Source: a virus
Taxonomy: Duplodnaviria; Heunggongvirae; Uroviricota; Caudoviricetes
Length of the DNA: 37,471 bases
IMG/VR virus record: IMGVR_UViG_2563366824_000004
Direction: 5' to 3' (one strand)
The notes under the pieces are model-generated. The model was not told where the DNA came from, ran no database searches, and saw only the letters and a list, made by a program, of their open reading frames with translations. The position numbers were made by a program, and so were the translations under genes. Shown one piece after another: positions 9,223 to 18,030 of the stretch. Every line of letters begins with the position of its first letter. The stretch's first letter is position 1.

Positions 9223-9241
9223 GGCGTGGCGGGGATACGAG
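9223..9241. other. Candidate cos (cohesive-end) site
   Basis: GGCGTGGCGGGGATACGAG: the first 13 nt match the 19-nt cohesive end of 186/P2 as I remember it (GGCG(T/A)GGCGGGGAAAGCA..); located between A and Q as in P2-family genomes. Recalled from memory, not verified. Confidence 0.35.
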
Positions 9242-9356
9242 CGCGCGCTGGTTAATTTATATGAGAACAATCTCATATAAATATTCGAGACAAGTTGCAA
9301 AAAAACGCGGAGCATTATATGTTTAGTAGCAAATTCTGAACGTTGAGAATATTAAA

Positions 9357-10625
9357 ATGGAAATTTTTGATACGAATGATATCTTTGGGCTCTCAAGAGA
9401 TTTGCCACTTAATTACATTGAAAGACCTGATGTTGATTTCAAACTTAAACAGGAATTACAAGCAAAGAAACATATTGTTATTTACGGCAGTTCAAAGCAG
9501 GGTAAGACTTGCGTAAGAAAACACTGTATTAATTCTGATGATTATATTTTGGTGCAGTGTTCGAATCGTTCTGATGTATCTGAATTGAATGCAAGTATTT
9601 TAAAAAGAGCTGGATTCGAAATAACTCAGTCTACCAAGAAAGGTATTACGGGGAAAAATAAAATAATCGCATCAATAAAAACTTCTATTTTGGGTTTTGT
9701 GGCGAGTGCCGGAGGCGAGATCGAAGATACGAAATCTCATGAACAAGTAACCGCGCCTTTAGAAATTGATGTTGATGATGTTAATGATGTTATAGCGGCT
9801 TTAAAATCTATAAATTTCAAGAAGATTATCGTTCTTGAGGATTTTCATTATATGCCTTTCGAAACTCAAAGAGATTTTTCGATCGCATTAAAAGCCTTTC
9901 ATGAAACATCAAGCATTATTTTTGTAATTGTTGGAGTTTGGCTAGAAGATAATCGGCTCATTGTTTACAATGGTGACTTAACTGGCAGGATTATTTCTGT
10001 TAACGCAGACAAATGGCAAGATTCTGAACTGGAGATGGCAATTGATAAAGGAGGTTTACTCCTTAACATTGATTTTGATCCAACTTTCAAAGCAGATGTA
10101 GTAACACACTGTCTCAATAGTATTTATTTAGTGCAAGAAGCATGTAGGCGTGCGTGTATTGAATGCGGAATATCAGAGACTCAGCAAACAAAAAGAACTA
10201 TTGGAGCTGGTTTGGATGGAAAGGATATCATTGCAAAAATTGTTAATGACCAATCGGCTCGTTACAATTCTTTCCTTATTAATTTTTCAGATGGATTTCA
10301 AGATACTGAACTTCAAATGCATAAATGGATTTTATATCCTGTCCTTTCATCAACCATTAGTGAACTTGAATTAGGTTTGAAATTTAAAGATATAAGGGCA
10401 ATATTACAAAGTGTACATCCAAGAGGGGAGAAGTTAAACCTGGGTAATGTTACTCAGTCGTTACAATCAACGGCGTCTTTGCAAATAAAGAAAAATATAA
10501 TGCCTATTATTTTGGATTATGACCAAACAAATAGGAAACTGAATGTTGTTGATAAAGGCTTCCTAATATGGTTGCAACATCAAGATATCAAAGATCTAAA
10601 GGATGATTTGGAGTTGCCAAATTAA
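9357..10625 (+). CDS. P-loop NTPase (422 aa), hypothetical cargo; candidate defence or abortive-infection ATPase
   Basis: Walker A GSSKQGKT (residues 44-51) and Walker B-like IIVLEDFH; C-terminal roughly 200 aa without a motif I recognise; strongly AT-rich; lies between the candidate cos and portal gene Q. Confidence 0.75.
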   Translation: MEIFDTNDIFGLSRDLPLNYIERPDVDFKLKQELQAKKHIVIYGSSKQGKTCVRKHCINSDDYILVQCSNRSDVSELNASILKRAGFEITQSTKKGITGKNKIIASIKTSILGFVASAGGEIEDTKSHEQVTAPLEIDVDDVNDVIAALKSINFKKIIVLEDFHYMPFETQRDFSIALKAFHETSSIIFVIVGVWLEDNRLIVYNGDLTGRIISVNADKWQDSELEMAIDKGGLLLNIDFDPTFKADVVTHCLNSIYLVQEACRRACIECGISETQQTKRTIGAGLDGKDIIAKIVNDQSARYNSFLINFSDGFQDTELQMHKWILYPVLSSTISELELGLKFKDIRAILQSVHPRGEKLNLGNVTQSLQSTASLQIKKNIMPIILDYDQTNRKLNVVDKGFLIWLQHQDIKDLKDDLELPN

Positions 10626-10642
10626 TTCATGTCTTTATTATA

Positions 10643-10673
10643 GATAATGGCGCCTATGTAGGCGCCCATTATC
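10643..10673. terminator. Hairpin between the convergent NTPase and Q genes (possible bidirectional terminator)
   Basis: GATAATGGCGCC-TATGTA-GGCGCCCATTATC near-perfect inverted repeat immediately after both stop codons. Confidence 0.4.
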
Positions 10674-11705
10674 TTAGAATTCAAGTGTATACGGTTTGAA
10701 TTGGATTATATTCTCATTAGACCAACTATTTAATCCTTTTATTCTTTCCTGTAATGGTATTAGCTCATTCCTCACAAACACACAGCTAGCCTTTTCCACA
10801 TCCCCAAATCCTCCAACATTATTAGGTATAATCCCCATCATTTGCGGTGGTACGCGGTGCGCAGCCATCATGTCATCGCGGCTGACATTTTTGATATTCA
10901 GAAACTCATCCTTCGCCGCAACTTCTGACAGAGGAATGATCTGAAGCCCATCCTTTTTGCCATTAGGTGAGTACATAAACAGGTTGCGGAAATTGCCTGG
11001 ACCTTTGGCGCTTTTCATCGCGTTGCGGAGGTTGTTCACATCCTCCTGGTTCTGCGCCGCATCGGTCATGTACATGATGAAGCCTGCATGACTGCCGTTA
11101 ATGTAATACTTGCGGCGGAACAGCGTGGCGGACTCGTTGAGCAAAGCGGATGGGATGGCAGAAAGATAGCCGGGCAGGCCGTAGATCTCCTGATTAATAT
11201 CCGGTTCCATCAGATGAAAAATGCTGCCTTTCGTGAACTGATACGGCTGGGTTGTCATACCGTATTGCATAAACCAGTAGGTATCCAGGTCTAATCCGCG
11301 TCGGGTGTATTTTGCAAGCGCAGGCTCAAGAGCGATAACTTCACCGAATCGGTTCGTGCGTTTCTCCAGGTAGGCGTTACCAAATACCAGATAGTCCTGC
11401 ACAAAACGCGAAAAAGCCTGCTGGCTGAGCAGCGGATGAGGGATATAGGTACTGGTCAGAATGTTGCACTTTACTGCAATCGGGGAACTGTGATGCACGG
11501 CGGCGCGGAAGGTGCGCGCCAGTCCGTCAAAGCTGACGGGCGGCTCATACCAACGGTCCATCTGTACGCATTCCACATAATCCAGCAGTTCTCGGCGGTC
11601 CAGAACAGGAACGGGATCGCCGAAGCTGAATGCTTCGGCTGTAGTTTGACTTTTAAGCTGGATCTGTTTCGTCGCCGCAGCGCGGTTCTTCTTACTCTTT
11701 CCCAT
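10674..11705 (-). CDS. Q: Portal protein gpQ
   Basis: 343-aa leftward ORF directly upstream-adjacent to the terminase ATPase; its ATG overlaps the P stop (ATGA); P2 Q-P arrangement. Confidence 0.85.
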   Translation of the reverse strand: MGKSKKNRAAATKQIQLKSQTTAEAFSFGDPVPVLDRRELLDYVECVQMDRWYEPPVSFDGLARTFRAAVHHSSPIAVKCNILTSTYIPHPLLSQQAFSRFVQDYLVFGNAYLEKRTNRFGEVIALEPALAKYTRRGLDLDTYWFMQYGMTTQPYQFTKGSIFHLMEPDINQEIYGLPGYLSAIPSALLNESATLFRRKYYINGSHAGFIMYMTDAAQNQEDVNNLRNAMKSAKGPGNFRNLFMYSPNGKKDGLQIIPLSEVAAKDEFLNIKNVSRDDMMAAHRVPPQMMGIIPNNVGGFGDVEKASCVFVRNELIPLQERIKGLNSWSNENIIQFKPYTLEF

Positions 11706-13471
11706 CAAAAAATCTCCACAATATTGCTGGTATTGGCGGATTCGCCCTGCAGCGGTTCGTTAAACAGTGCGTGCATCGTTGCCCAGGCCAGATCGGCGTG
11801 GCTGGCTTCTTCGCTGCGGCTGGCTTCATAGGTCGGGCGGTTGCCACTGGCGGTGGTGGCGCGACGGATTGCCATAAAGGACTGCGCTATGTCGGTGTGT
11901 CCGGCGTCAAACTCCAGACGGCGGTGGCTGATAATGTCGTAGGCCTTGAGTACCAGGGCGTTTTTAACGTTGGGGTTGTAGACAAACTCCCGGACGGCAG
12001 GAAAAAACGCTTTCACGTTCTCGTAAACCCCGTGACCAACGCCGGTTGAGTCGATACCGATATAGGTCACGTTGTACTGTTCGGTCAGTTTTTTGATGGC
12101 GTCAGCCTGGGCGCGGAAGTCCATTCCGCGCCACTGGTGACGCTCAAGAATGCGGAACTTACCGCCCGGCACGGCTGGCGGCGCCACCACCACGCATCCG
12201 GCGCTGTCGCCGTTCTGCGTACCTTTCGCCGGGTCATATCCGATCCACACTTCGCGCCAGCCAAACGGGCGCAGGGCCAGTGCATGAAAGTCGGTCCAGA
12301 CTTCCCAACTGTCCACCATGCACGCCTGCAGCTCGCTGAGTGGGAACACAGACGCGAGATCGTCCACGAACTCACACATCAGCAGGTTCTGGTATTCGTC
12401 CGGGCTGTACTCCATGCGCAACTGGTCGAGGTCGAACAGGTTACAGCCGCCGCGCACCGCATCTTCCACAGTGACTATCTGGCGGTACTGCCCGTCTGCG
12501 CACAGCAGGCCGGGGGCCAGATTGCTGTGGGACAGGTCGATGTCCACCTTATCGGCTTTGTTGCGCCCTCGGTTGAACAGCGCACCGGACCAGAACGGAT
12601 AAGCACTGTGTGTCAGGCTGGATGGCGTGGAAAAATAGGTTTGTCGCCATTTTTTGTGAATAGCCATACCGGAAGCCACTTTGCGCAGCTCCTGGAATTT
12701 CGGTATCCAGAAATATTCATCCAGATACAGGTTGCCGTGGTAACTCTGGGCCGTGCGGGCATTGGTGCCGAGGAAGTACAGCGTGGCCCCGTTAGGAAGC
12801 ACCATCGGATCGCCTTTCAGCTCCACCTCCACTTCTTTGGCGAAGTCGATGATGTACTGCTTAAAGACGTGGGCCTGAGCCTTGCTGGCGGAAAGGAAAA
12901 TCTGGTTACGCCCGGTTAGCAGGGCGTCAATCAGGGCTTCACGGGCAAAATAGAAGGTCGCGCCGATCTGGCGTGACTTCAGCAGGTTGCGGATGCGGTT
13001 GGTTTTTCCGGCTTCCCACCAGTGGCGCTGGTAGTTGAACATGGAGGAATGGAAGATTTCTTCCAACTTCTCAATCTGTTCATCGGTGAAAACGTTCTTT
13101 TCCGGCTGACGGCGCGGGCCTTTGTTGCGGTTGGCGACGTTAGGGTTTAAGTCGGCTTCGTTGCCGCCATTGTTAAACTTGCCGATCCGCGCATGGCGCT
13201 CCGACTGGCGCGCCAGCAGGTCAATCTCTTTGAAATCTTTCCCTTCTTTGTGCTCCTTCATAATGAGCTGGCAGTAGCGTGCGGCGGTGGTGAGCTGCAT
13301 CTGATCCAGCGGCCCATAGTCACCCCACTTGTCGCGTTTTTTCCAGCTGTGAACGGTTGCAACTTTCTCGCCCAGCATTTCAGCAATGCGGGCTACGCGG
13401 TATCCCTGAAAGTACAGCAGCATGGCCTGCCGACGGGGATCGAGATCTGCGGGTGTCAGTGTGGTGTTCAT
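11705..13471 (-). CDS. P: Terminase large (ATPase) subunit gpP
   Basis: 588 aa, leftward, divergent from the O-N-M-L operon, as for P2 gpP. Confidence 0.85.
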   Translation of the reverse strand: MNTTLTPADLDPRRQAMLLYFQGYRVARIAEMLGEKVATVHSWKKRDKWGDYGPLDQMQLTTAARYCQLIMKEHKEGKDFKEIDLLARQSERHARIGKFNNGGNEADLNPNVANRNKGPRRQPEKNVFTDEQIEKLEEIFHSSMFNYQRHWWEAGKTNRIRNLLKSRQIGATFYFAREALIDALLTGRNQIFLSASKAQAHVFKQYIIDFAKEVEVELKGDPMVLPNGATLYFLGTNARTAQSYHGNLYLDEYFWIPKFQELRKVASGMAIHKKWRQTYFSTPSSLTHSAYPFWSGALFNRGRNKADKVDIDLSHSNLAPGLLCADGQYRQIVTVEDAVRGGCNLFDLDQLRMEYSPDEYQNLLMCEFVDDLASVFPLSELQACMVDSWEVWTDFHALALRPFGWREVWIGYDPAKGTQNGDSAGCVVVAPPAVPGGKFRILERHQWRGMDFRAQADAIKKLTEQYNVTYIGIDSTGVGHGVYENVKAFFPAVREFVYNPNVKNALVLKAYDIISHRRLEFDAGHTDIAQSFMAIRRATTASGNRPTYEASRSEEASHADLAWATMHALFNEPLQGESANTSNIVEIF

Positions 13472-13517
13472 GGCACAAACCTACAGCCTTGAATGAAGGC
13501 TTTCCCCGCCTGCGGTT

Positions 13518-13535
13518 TGTGTGGTTGTCGGTACA
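13518..13535. promoter_or_regulatory. Candidate Ogr-dependent late promoter element (TGT-N12-ACA dyad) in the divergent P/O control region
   Basis: TGTGTGGTTGTCGGTACA centred about 88 bp upstream of the O start codon; P2 late promoters carry TGT-N12-ACA around -55. Confidence 0.45.
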
Positions 13536-13613
13536 AATACCGCGCATTGTTTCACTGCCCCCATCACCGCAACCATAAGGCTCCAGTAAGTTTTTTCTAA
13601 CGGAGCACGGCTC

Positions 13614-14447
13614 ATGACAGTGAAAGCAAAGCGTTTTCGCATCGGGGTGGAAGGTGCCACCACCGACGGACGCGAAATCCAGCGTGAATGGCTGGAACAG
13701 ATGGCAGCCAGCTATAACCCGGCGGTGTATACCGCGCTGATTAACCTTGAGCACATCAAGTCTTATCTGCCGGACAGCACCTTTAACCGCTACGGCAAGG
13801 TGACGGCGCTGTTTGCTGAAGAAATCACGGAAGGTCCGCTGGCAGGCAAGATGGCGCTGTATGCTGACGTTGAGCCAACGGAGTCCCTGGTGGAACTGGT
13901 GAAAAAAGGCCAGAAATTATTCACCTCTATGGAAGTCAGCCCGAAGTTCGCTGATACGGGCAAAGCCTACCTGGTCGGCCTGGCTGCCACTGATGACCCT
14001 GCCAGTCTGGGCACTGAAATGCTGACATTCAGCGCCAGTGCAGCCCATAACCCGCTGGCAAACCGCAAGCAGAATCCCGCCAATCTCTTTACCGCCGCAG
14101 AGGAAACGGTGATCGAACTGGAAGAAGTCCAGGACGACAAACCGTCCCTGTTTGCCCGCGTCACGGCGCTGTTTACCAAAAAAGAGCAGTCCGATGACGC
14201 CCGGTTCTCTGATGTGCATAAGGCCGTGGAGCTGGTCGCCACTGAGCAGCAGAACCTGAGCGCACGCACCGAAAAATCCCTGTCTGAGCAGGAAGAACGC
14301 CTGTCTGCGCTGGAGACTGCCCTGCAGGCACAGCAAACCGCCTTTAACGAACTGGTGGACAAGCTGAGTCATGAAGACAGCCGCCAGGACTACCGCCAGC
14401 GTGCAACAGGCGGTAACGCCCCCGCTGACACTCTGACCAATTGCTGA
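13614..14447 (+). CDS. O: Capsid scaffolding protein gpO
   Basis: 277 aa, acidic and coiled-coil-rich, first gene of the rightward late operon, before the major capsid gene. Confidence 0.8.
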   Translation: MTVKAKRFRIGVEGATTDGREIQREWLEQMAASYNPAVYTALINLEHIKSYLPDSTFNRYGKVTALFAEEITEGPLAGKMALYADVEPTESLVELVKKGQKLFTSMEVSPKFADTGKAYLVGLAATDDPASLGTEMLTFSASAAHNPLANRKQNPANLFTAAEETVIELEEVQDDKPSLFARVTALFTKKEQSDDARFSDVHKAVELVATEQQNLSARTEKSLSEQEERLSALETALQAQQTAFNELVDKLSHEDSRQDYRQRATGGNAPADTLTNC

Positions 14448-14463
14448 TGGAGCACAAAACCTG

Positions 14464-15522
14464 ATGAAGAAGAATACCCGCTTTGCTTTTAACGCTTACC
14501 TGCAGCAGCTGGCGCGTCTGAACGGTGTGGCAGTTGAAGAACTGTCCAGCAAGTTCACCGTGGAGCCGTCTGTACAGCAGACGCTGGAAGACCAGATCCA
14601 GCAGTCCGCCGCTTTCCTGACGCTGATTAACGTCACGCCAGTGACTGAGCAGTCCGGTCAGCTGCTGGGGCTGGGAGTTGGCAGCACCATTGCCGGAACC
14701 ACTGACACCACCGCGAAAGAGCGTGAACCTGTCGATCCGACGCTGATGGTCGATGTGGAATACAAATGCGAGCAGACCAACTTTGACACGGTGCTGACCT
14801 ACGCGAAGCTGGACCTGTGGGCGAAGTTTCAGGATTTCCAGGTGCGCATCCGTGACGCCATCGTGAAACGTCAGGCACTGGACCGCATCATGATCGGCTT
14901 TAACGGCGTGAAGCGTGCGAAAACCTCCAACCGTAGCGATAACCCGCTGCTGCAGGATGTGAACAAAGGCTGGCTGCAGAAAATCCGTGAAGATGCACCG
15001 GATCACGTCATGGGCAGCACCACCACGGGCGGTGAAACCACACCGGGTGCGGTGAAAGTCGGGAAAGGTGGCGAATATGCCAACCTGGACGCCGTGGTGA
15101 TGGATGCCGTCAATGAGCTTATCGATGTGGTCTACCAGGAAGATGACGATCTGGTGGTGATTTGCGGTCGTGAACTGCTGTCTGACAAGTATTTCCCGCT
15201 GGTCAACAAAGAGCAGGAAAACAGTGAAAAACTGGCTGCCGATATGATCATCAGTCAGAAACGCATGGGTGGCCTGCAGGCCGTGCGTGCGCCGTTCTTC
15301 CCGCCGAATGCACTGCTGATCACCCGTCTGGATAACCTGTCCATCTACTGGCAGGAAGACACCCGCCGCCGCTCAGTTATCGACAACCCGAAACGTGACC
15401 GGATTGAAAACTTTGAATCCGTTAACGAAGCCTATGTGGTTGAGGACTACCGCTGCGCCGCACTGGTGGAAAACATCCAGATTGGCGACTTCAGCGCCGC
15501 AGCAGCAGAAACCGGAGCGTAA
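14464..15522 (+). CDS. N: Major capsid protein gpN
   Basis: 352 aa, directly after the scaffold gene; size and position match P2 gpN. Confidence 0.85.
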   Translation: MKKNTRFAFNAYLQQLARLNGVAVEELSSKFTVEPSVQQTLEDQIQQSAAFLTLINVTPVTEQSGQLLGLGVGSTIAGTTDTTAKEREPVDPTLMVDVEYKCEQTNFDTVLTYAKLDLWAKFQDFQVRIRDAIVKRQALDRIMIGFNGVKRAKTSNRSDNPLLQDVNKGWLQKIREDAPDHVMGSTTTGGETTPGAVKVGKGGEYANLDAVVMDAVNELIDVVYQEDDDLVVICGRELLSDKYFPLVNKEQENSEKLAADMIISQKRMGGLQAVRAPFFPPNALLITRLDNLSIYWQEDTRRRSVIDNPKRDRIENFESVNEAYVVEDYRCAALVENIQIGDFSAAAAETGA

Positions 15523-15525
15523 TTC

Positions 15526-16176
15526 ATGAGCCTGAGTCCCGCACGGCAGCATCGCCTGCGCGTTCAGGCTGAACAGGCCGCCCGCGAGGGCGGCAGCGTT
15601 CGCCACGCGTCGGGCTATGACCTGATGCTGCTGCAACTGGCGGAAGACCGCCGCCGTCTCAAGGGCGTTCAGTCCACGGTCAAAAAAGCGGAAATCAAGG
15701 TGGAGCTGCTGCCGAAGTACGCCGCTTGGGCGGAGGGTGTCCTGGCTGCCGGAGGCGCTCAACAGGATGACGTGCTGATGTACGTGATGCTGTGGCGCAT
15801 TGATGCCGGAGATTATGCCGGGGCGCTGGAGATCGGGCGTCACGCCCTGCGTCATGGCTGGGTGATGCCGTTAGGTAACCGCAACGTGCAGACCGTGCTG
15901 GCAGAGGAAATGGCAGATGCAGCCCAGAGCGCAATGCTTGCCGCCACCGGCTTTGATGCCGATCTGTTGCTGCAGACCCTGGAGCTGACAGACGGTATGG
16001 ATATGCCGGACCAGTCACGGGCGCGTCTGCATAAAGCGATTGGCGCTGTCCTGAGTGAAAGAAATCCGGCGTCTGCCCTTAATCATCTCAACCATGCGTT
16101 ACAGCTCGATCCCCGCTGTGGCGTGAAAAAAGACAAACAGCAGCTGGAGCGCAGACTGCGCAATGACAGCCGCTGA
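15526..16176 (+). CDS. M: Terminase small/endonuclease subunit gpM
   Basis: 216 aa, position after N as in P2. Confidence 0.8.
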   Translation: MSLSPARQHRLRVQAEQAAREGGSVRHASGYDLMLLQLAEDRRRLKGVQSTVKKAEIKVELLPKYAAWAEGVLAAGGAQQDDVLMYVMLWRIDAGDYAGALEIGRHALRHGWVMPLGNRNVQTVLAEEMADAAQSAMLAATGFDADLLLQTLELTDGMDMPDQSRARLHKAIGAVLSERNPASALNHLNHALQLDPRCGVKKDKQQLERRLRNDSR

Positions 16177-16271
16177 CAGAACGTGCCCCCGCGCACGGGC
16201 GGCACGGGGTGGCGAAAGGCACTGCCACATCAAAACCCCGTCCACCGCCCTCTATTTCAGGAGAAAGCAGC

Positions 16272-16736
16272 ATGAAGTTTGTTGCGCCAGAACAGGCACC
16301 GGAACAGGCGGAAATCATCAGGAATACGCCGTTCTGGCCTGATGTGGACCTGTCGGAGTTTCGCAGTGTGATGCGCACTGACGGCACGGTGACGCAGCCG
16401 CGTTTAAAACAGGTTGCCCTGTCGGCAATTTCGGAGGTCAACGCAGAGCTGTATGAGTTTCGCAGACGCCAGCAGATGCTGGGGTATGCCTCGCTGGCAG
16501 AAGTCCCGGCGGAACAACTGGACGGCAAAAGCGAGCGCATTCAGCACTATTTCAACGCGGTTTATTGCTGGGCACGCGCCATGCTCAACGAACGTTACCA
16601 GGACTATGACGCCACGGCATCCGGTGCGAAGCGAGGCGAGGAACTGGCGGAAGCAAGCGGTGATTTATGGCGTGACGCCCGCTGGGCCATCAGCCGGGTG
16701 CAGGATGCGCCGCACTGCACAGTGGAGCTTATCTGA
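16272..16736 (+). CDS. L: Head completion/stabilisation protein gpL
   Basis: ATG at 16272 with GGAGAAAG upstream; the ORF-track start at 16209 is GTG. Position after M. Confidence 0.75.
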   Translation: MKFVAPEQAPEQAEIIRNTPFWPDVDLSEFRSVMRTDGTVTQPRLKQVALSAISEVNAELYEFRRRQQMLGYASLAEVPAEQLDGKSERIQHYFNAVYCWARAMLNERYQDYDATASGAKRGEELAEASGDLWRDARWAISRVQDAPHCTVELI

Positions 16737-16939
16737 TGAAAGTGCGTGCGCATCAGTATGACACGGTGGACGCACTTTGCTGGCGTCATTACGGGCGCAC
16801 GCAGGGTGTCACGGAGCAGGTACTGAAGGCAAATCCGGGGCTTGCCGAATACGTCCCCTTTTTACCTCACGGGCTGCAGGTGGAGCTGCCGGACATTCCG
16901 ACAACCACCACCGTGCAGACCGTCCAGCTATGGGACTGA
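16736..16939 (+). CDS. X: Tail protein gpX (67 aa)
   Basis: Small ORF translationally coupled (ATGA) to L, before the lysis genes, as P2 X. Confidence 0.7.
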   Translation: MKVRAHQYDTVDALCWRHYGRTQGVTEQVLKANPGLAEYVPFLPHGLQVELPDIPTTTTVQTVQLWD

Positions 16940-16942
16940 ATT

Positions 16943-17158
16943 ATGACGCTTGAGCGAATCAGCGCCTTTATCACGTATTGCATCGCCGTCGTGCTGGCCT
17001 GGCTGGGCGATTTGTCCATCAAGGATGCCTCAACGCTGGGCGGCCTGATGATCGGTGTGCTGATGCTGGCTATCAACTGGTACTACAAACACAAAGCCTA
17101 CCAGCTTCTGCGCGACGGGCAGATCTCGCGGGAGGACTATGAATCCATCAATCGTTAA
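16943..17158 (+). CDS. Holin (71 aa)
   Basis: Two hydrophobic segments (ITYCIAVVLAWLG, LGGLMIGVLMLAINWYY) and a charged C-terminus; immediately upstream of the endolysin. Confidence 0.7.
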   Translation: MTLERISAFITYCIAVVLAWLGDLSIKDASTLGGLMIGVLMLAINWYYKHKAYQLLRDGQISREDYESINR

Positions 17159-17651
17159 ACGCTGCCTTGTCGGGGCCGTGCTGGCTATTGCTGCCACGCT
17201 GCCGGGGTTTCAGCAGCTTCACACCTCCGAGGAGGGACTGAAACTGATCGCCGATTATGAAGGCTGTCGTCTGCAGCCGTATCAGTGCAGCGCGGGTGTC
17301 TGGACCGACGGCATTGGTAATACGTCGGGCGTCATTCCCGGCAAAATTATTACGGAACGACAGGCAGCTGAAGGGCTGATCTCCAACGTGCTACGAGTGG
17401 AGCGGGCGCTGGAAAGGTGTGTGAAGCAACAGCCGCCGCAGAAGGTGTATGACGCTACGGTGTCGTTTGCCTTCAACGTGGGGACGGGCAATGCCTGTAG
17501 TTCCACGCTGGTGAAATTGCTCAATCAGCGGCGCTGGGCGGATGCATGCCGACAGTTGCCGCGCTGGGTTTATGTGAAAGGTGTTTTTAATCAGGGGCTG
17601 GATAACCGCCGTGCGCGGGAGATGGCCTGGTGTTTACAGGGAGCAAACTGA
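17139..17651 (+). CDS. Endolysin, GH24 (T4-type) lysozyme with probable signal-anchor-release N-terminus
   Basis: E-x8-D-x5-T catalytic triad context (LIADYEGCRLQPYQCSAGVWTDGIGNT); Gly/Ala-rich weakly hydrophobic N-terminus CLVGAVLAIAATLPG. Confidence 0.85.
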   Translation: MNPSIVKRCLVGAVLAIAATLPGFQQLHTSEEGLKLIADYEGCRLQPYQCSAGVWTDGIGNTSGVIPGKIITERQAAEGLISNVLRVERALERCVKQQPPQKVYDATVSFAFNVGTGNACSSTLVKLLNQRRWADACRQLPRWVYVKGVFNQGLDNRRAREMAWCLQGAN

Positions 17652-17652
17652 A

Positions 17653-18030
17653 ATGAAAAAGAAATTAATCAGCGGACTGTTTCTGATGTTATGGATGGCG
17701 CTGTTAATCGCAGCAATGGTGTATCCGCAGGGGATTTTTCCGGTACTGGCAGCGTCCGGCGTTTGGGTAGCCTGTTTGCTGACATGGGCGGTAATTCCGG
17801 TAGCACTGGCTGCGTTAATTAAGAATGGCCCGCTCTGGCAGCAGTTAAGGGCATCTTTGCTGAAGACAATTACCCGAAAAGAAAACGTATTTACCAGTTG
17901 GGTGATGCGATTGCTGATTGTTGTAAGTCTCGCCTGGACGGGGTGGGCTATTACCCTGGTCTTTTATCTACTGACCGTTATTGCCTTCTGGATCACCCGT
18001 AATCAGATGGCGCAACAGGTAGCAGCATGA
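17653..18030 (+). CDS. LysA-like membrane protein (lysis timing)
   Basis: ATG at 17653 with GGGAG upstream; multiple transmembrane segments; position as P2 lysA. Confidence 0.6.
   Translation: MKKKLISGLFLMLWMALLIAAMVYPQGIFPVLAASGVWVACLLTWAVIPVALAALIKNGPLWQQLRASLLKTITRKENVFTSWVMRLLIVVSLAWTGWAITLVFYLLTVIAFWITRNQMAQQVAA

Noticed and set aside
12137-12919. Long antisense ORF (260 aa) inside the terminase large subunit gene; similar long shadow ORFs lie inside J (22185-23072), H (24278-25117), T (31078-31929), D (33021-33826) and the capsid gene (14344-15006).
   Set aside because: They sit opposite well-supported structural genes in GC-rich sequence where stop codons are rare, and their translations are Arg/Ala/Pro/Gly-rich and low-complexity with no RBS. 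Typical frame artefacts.
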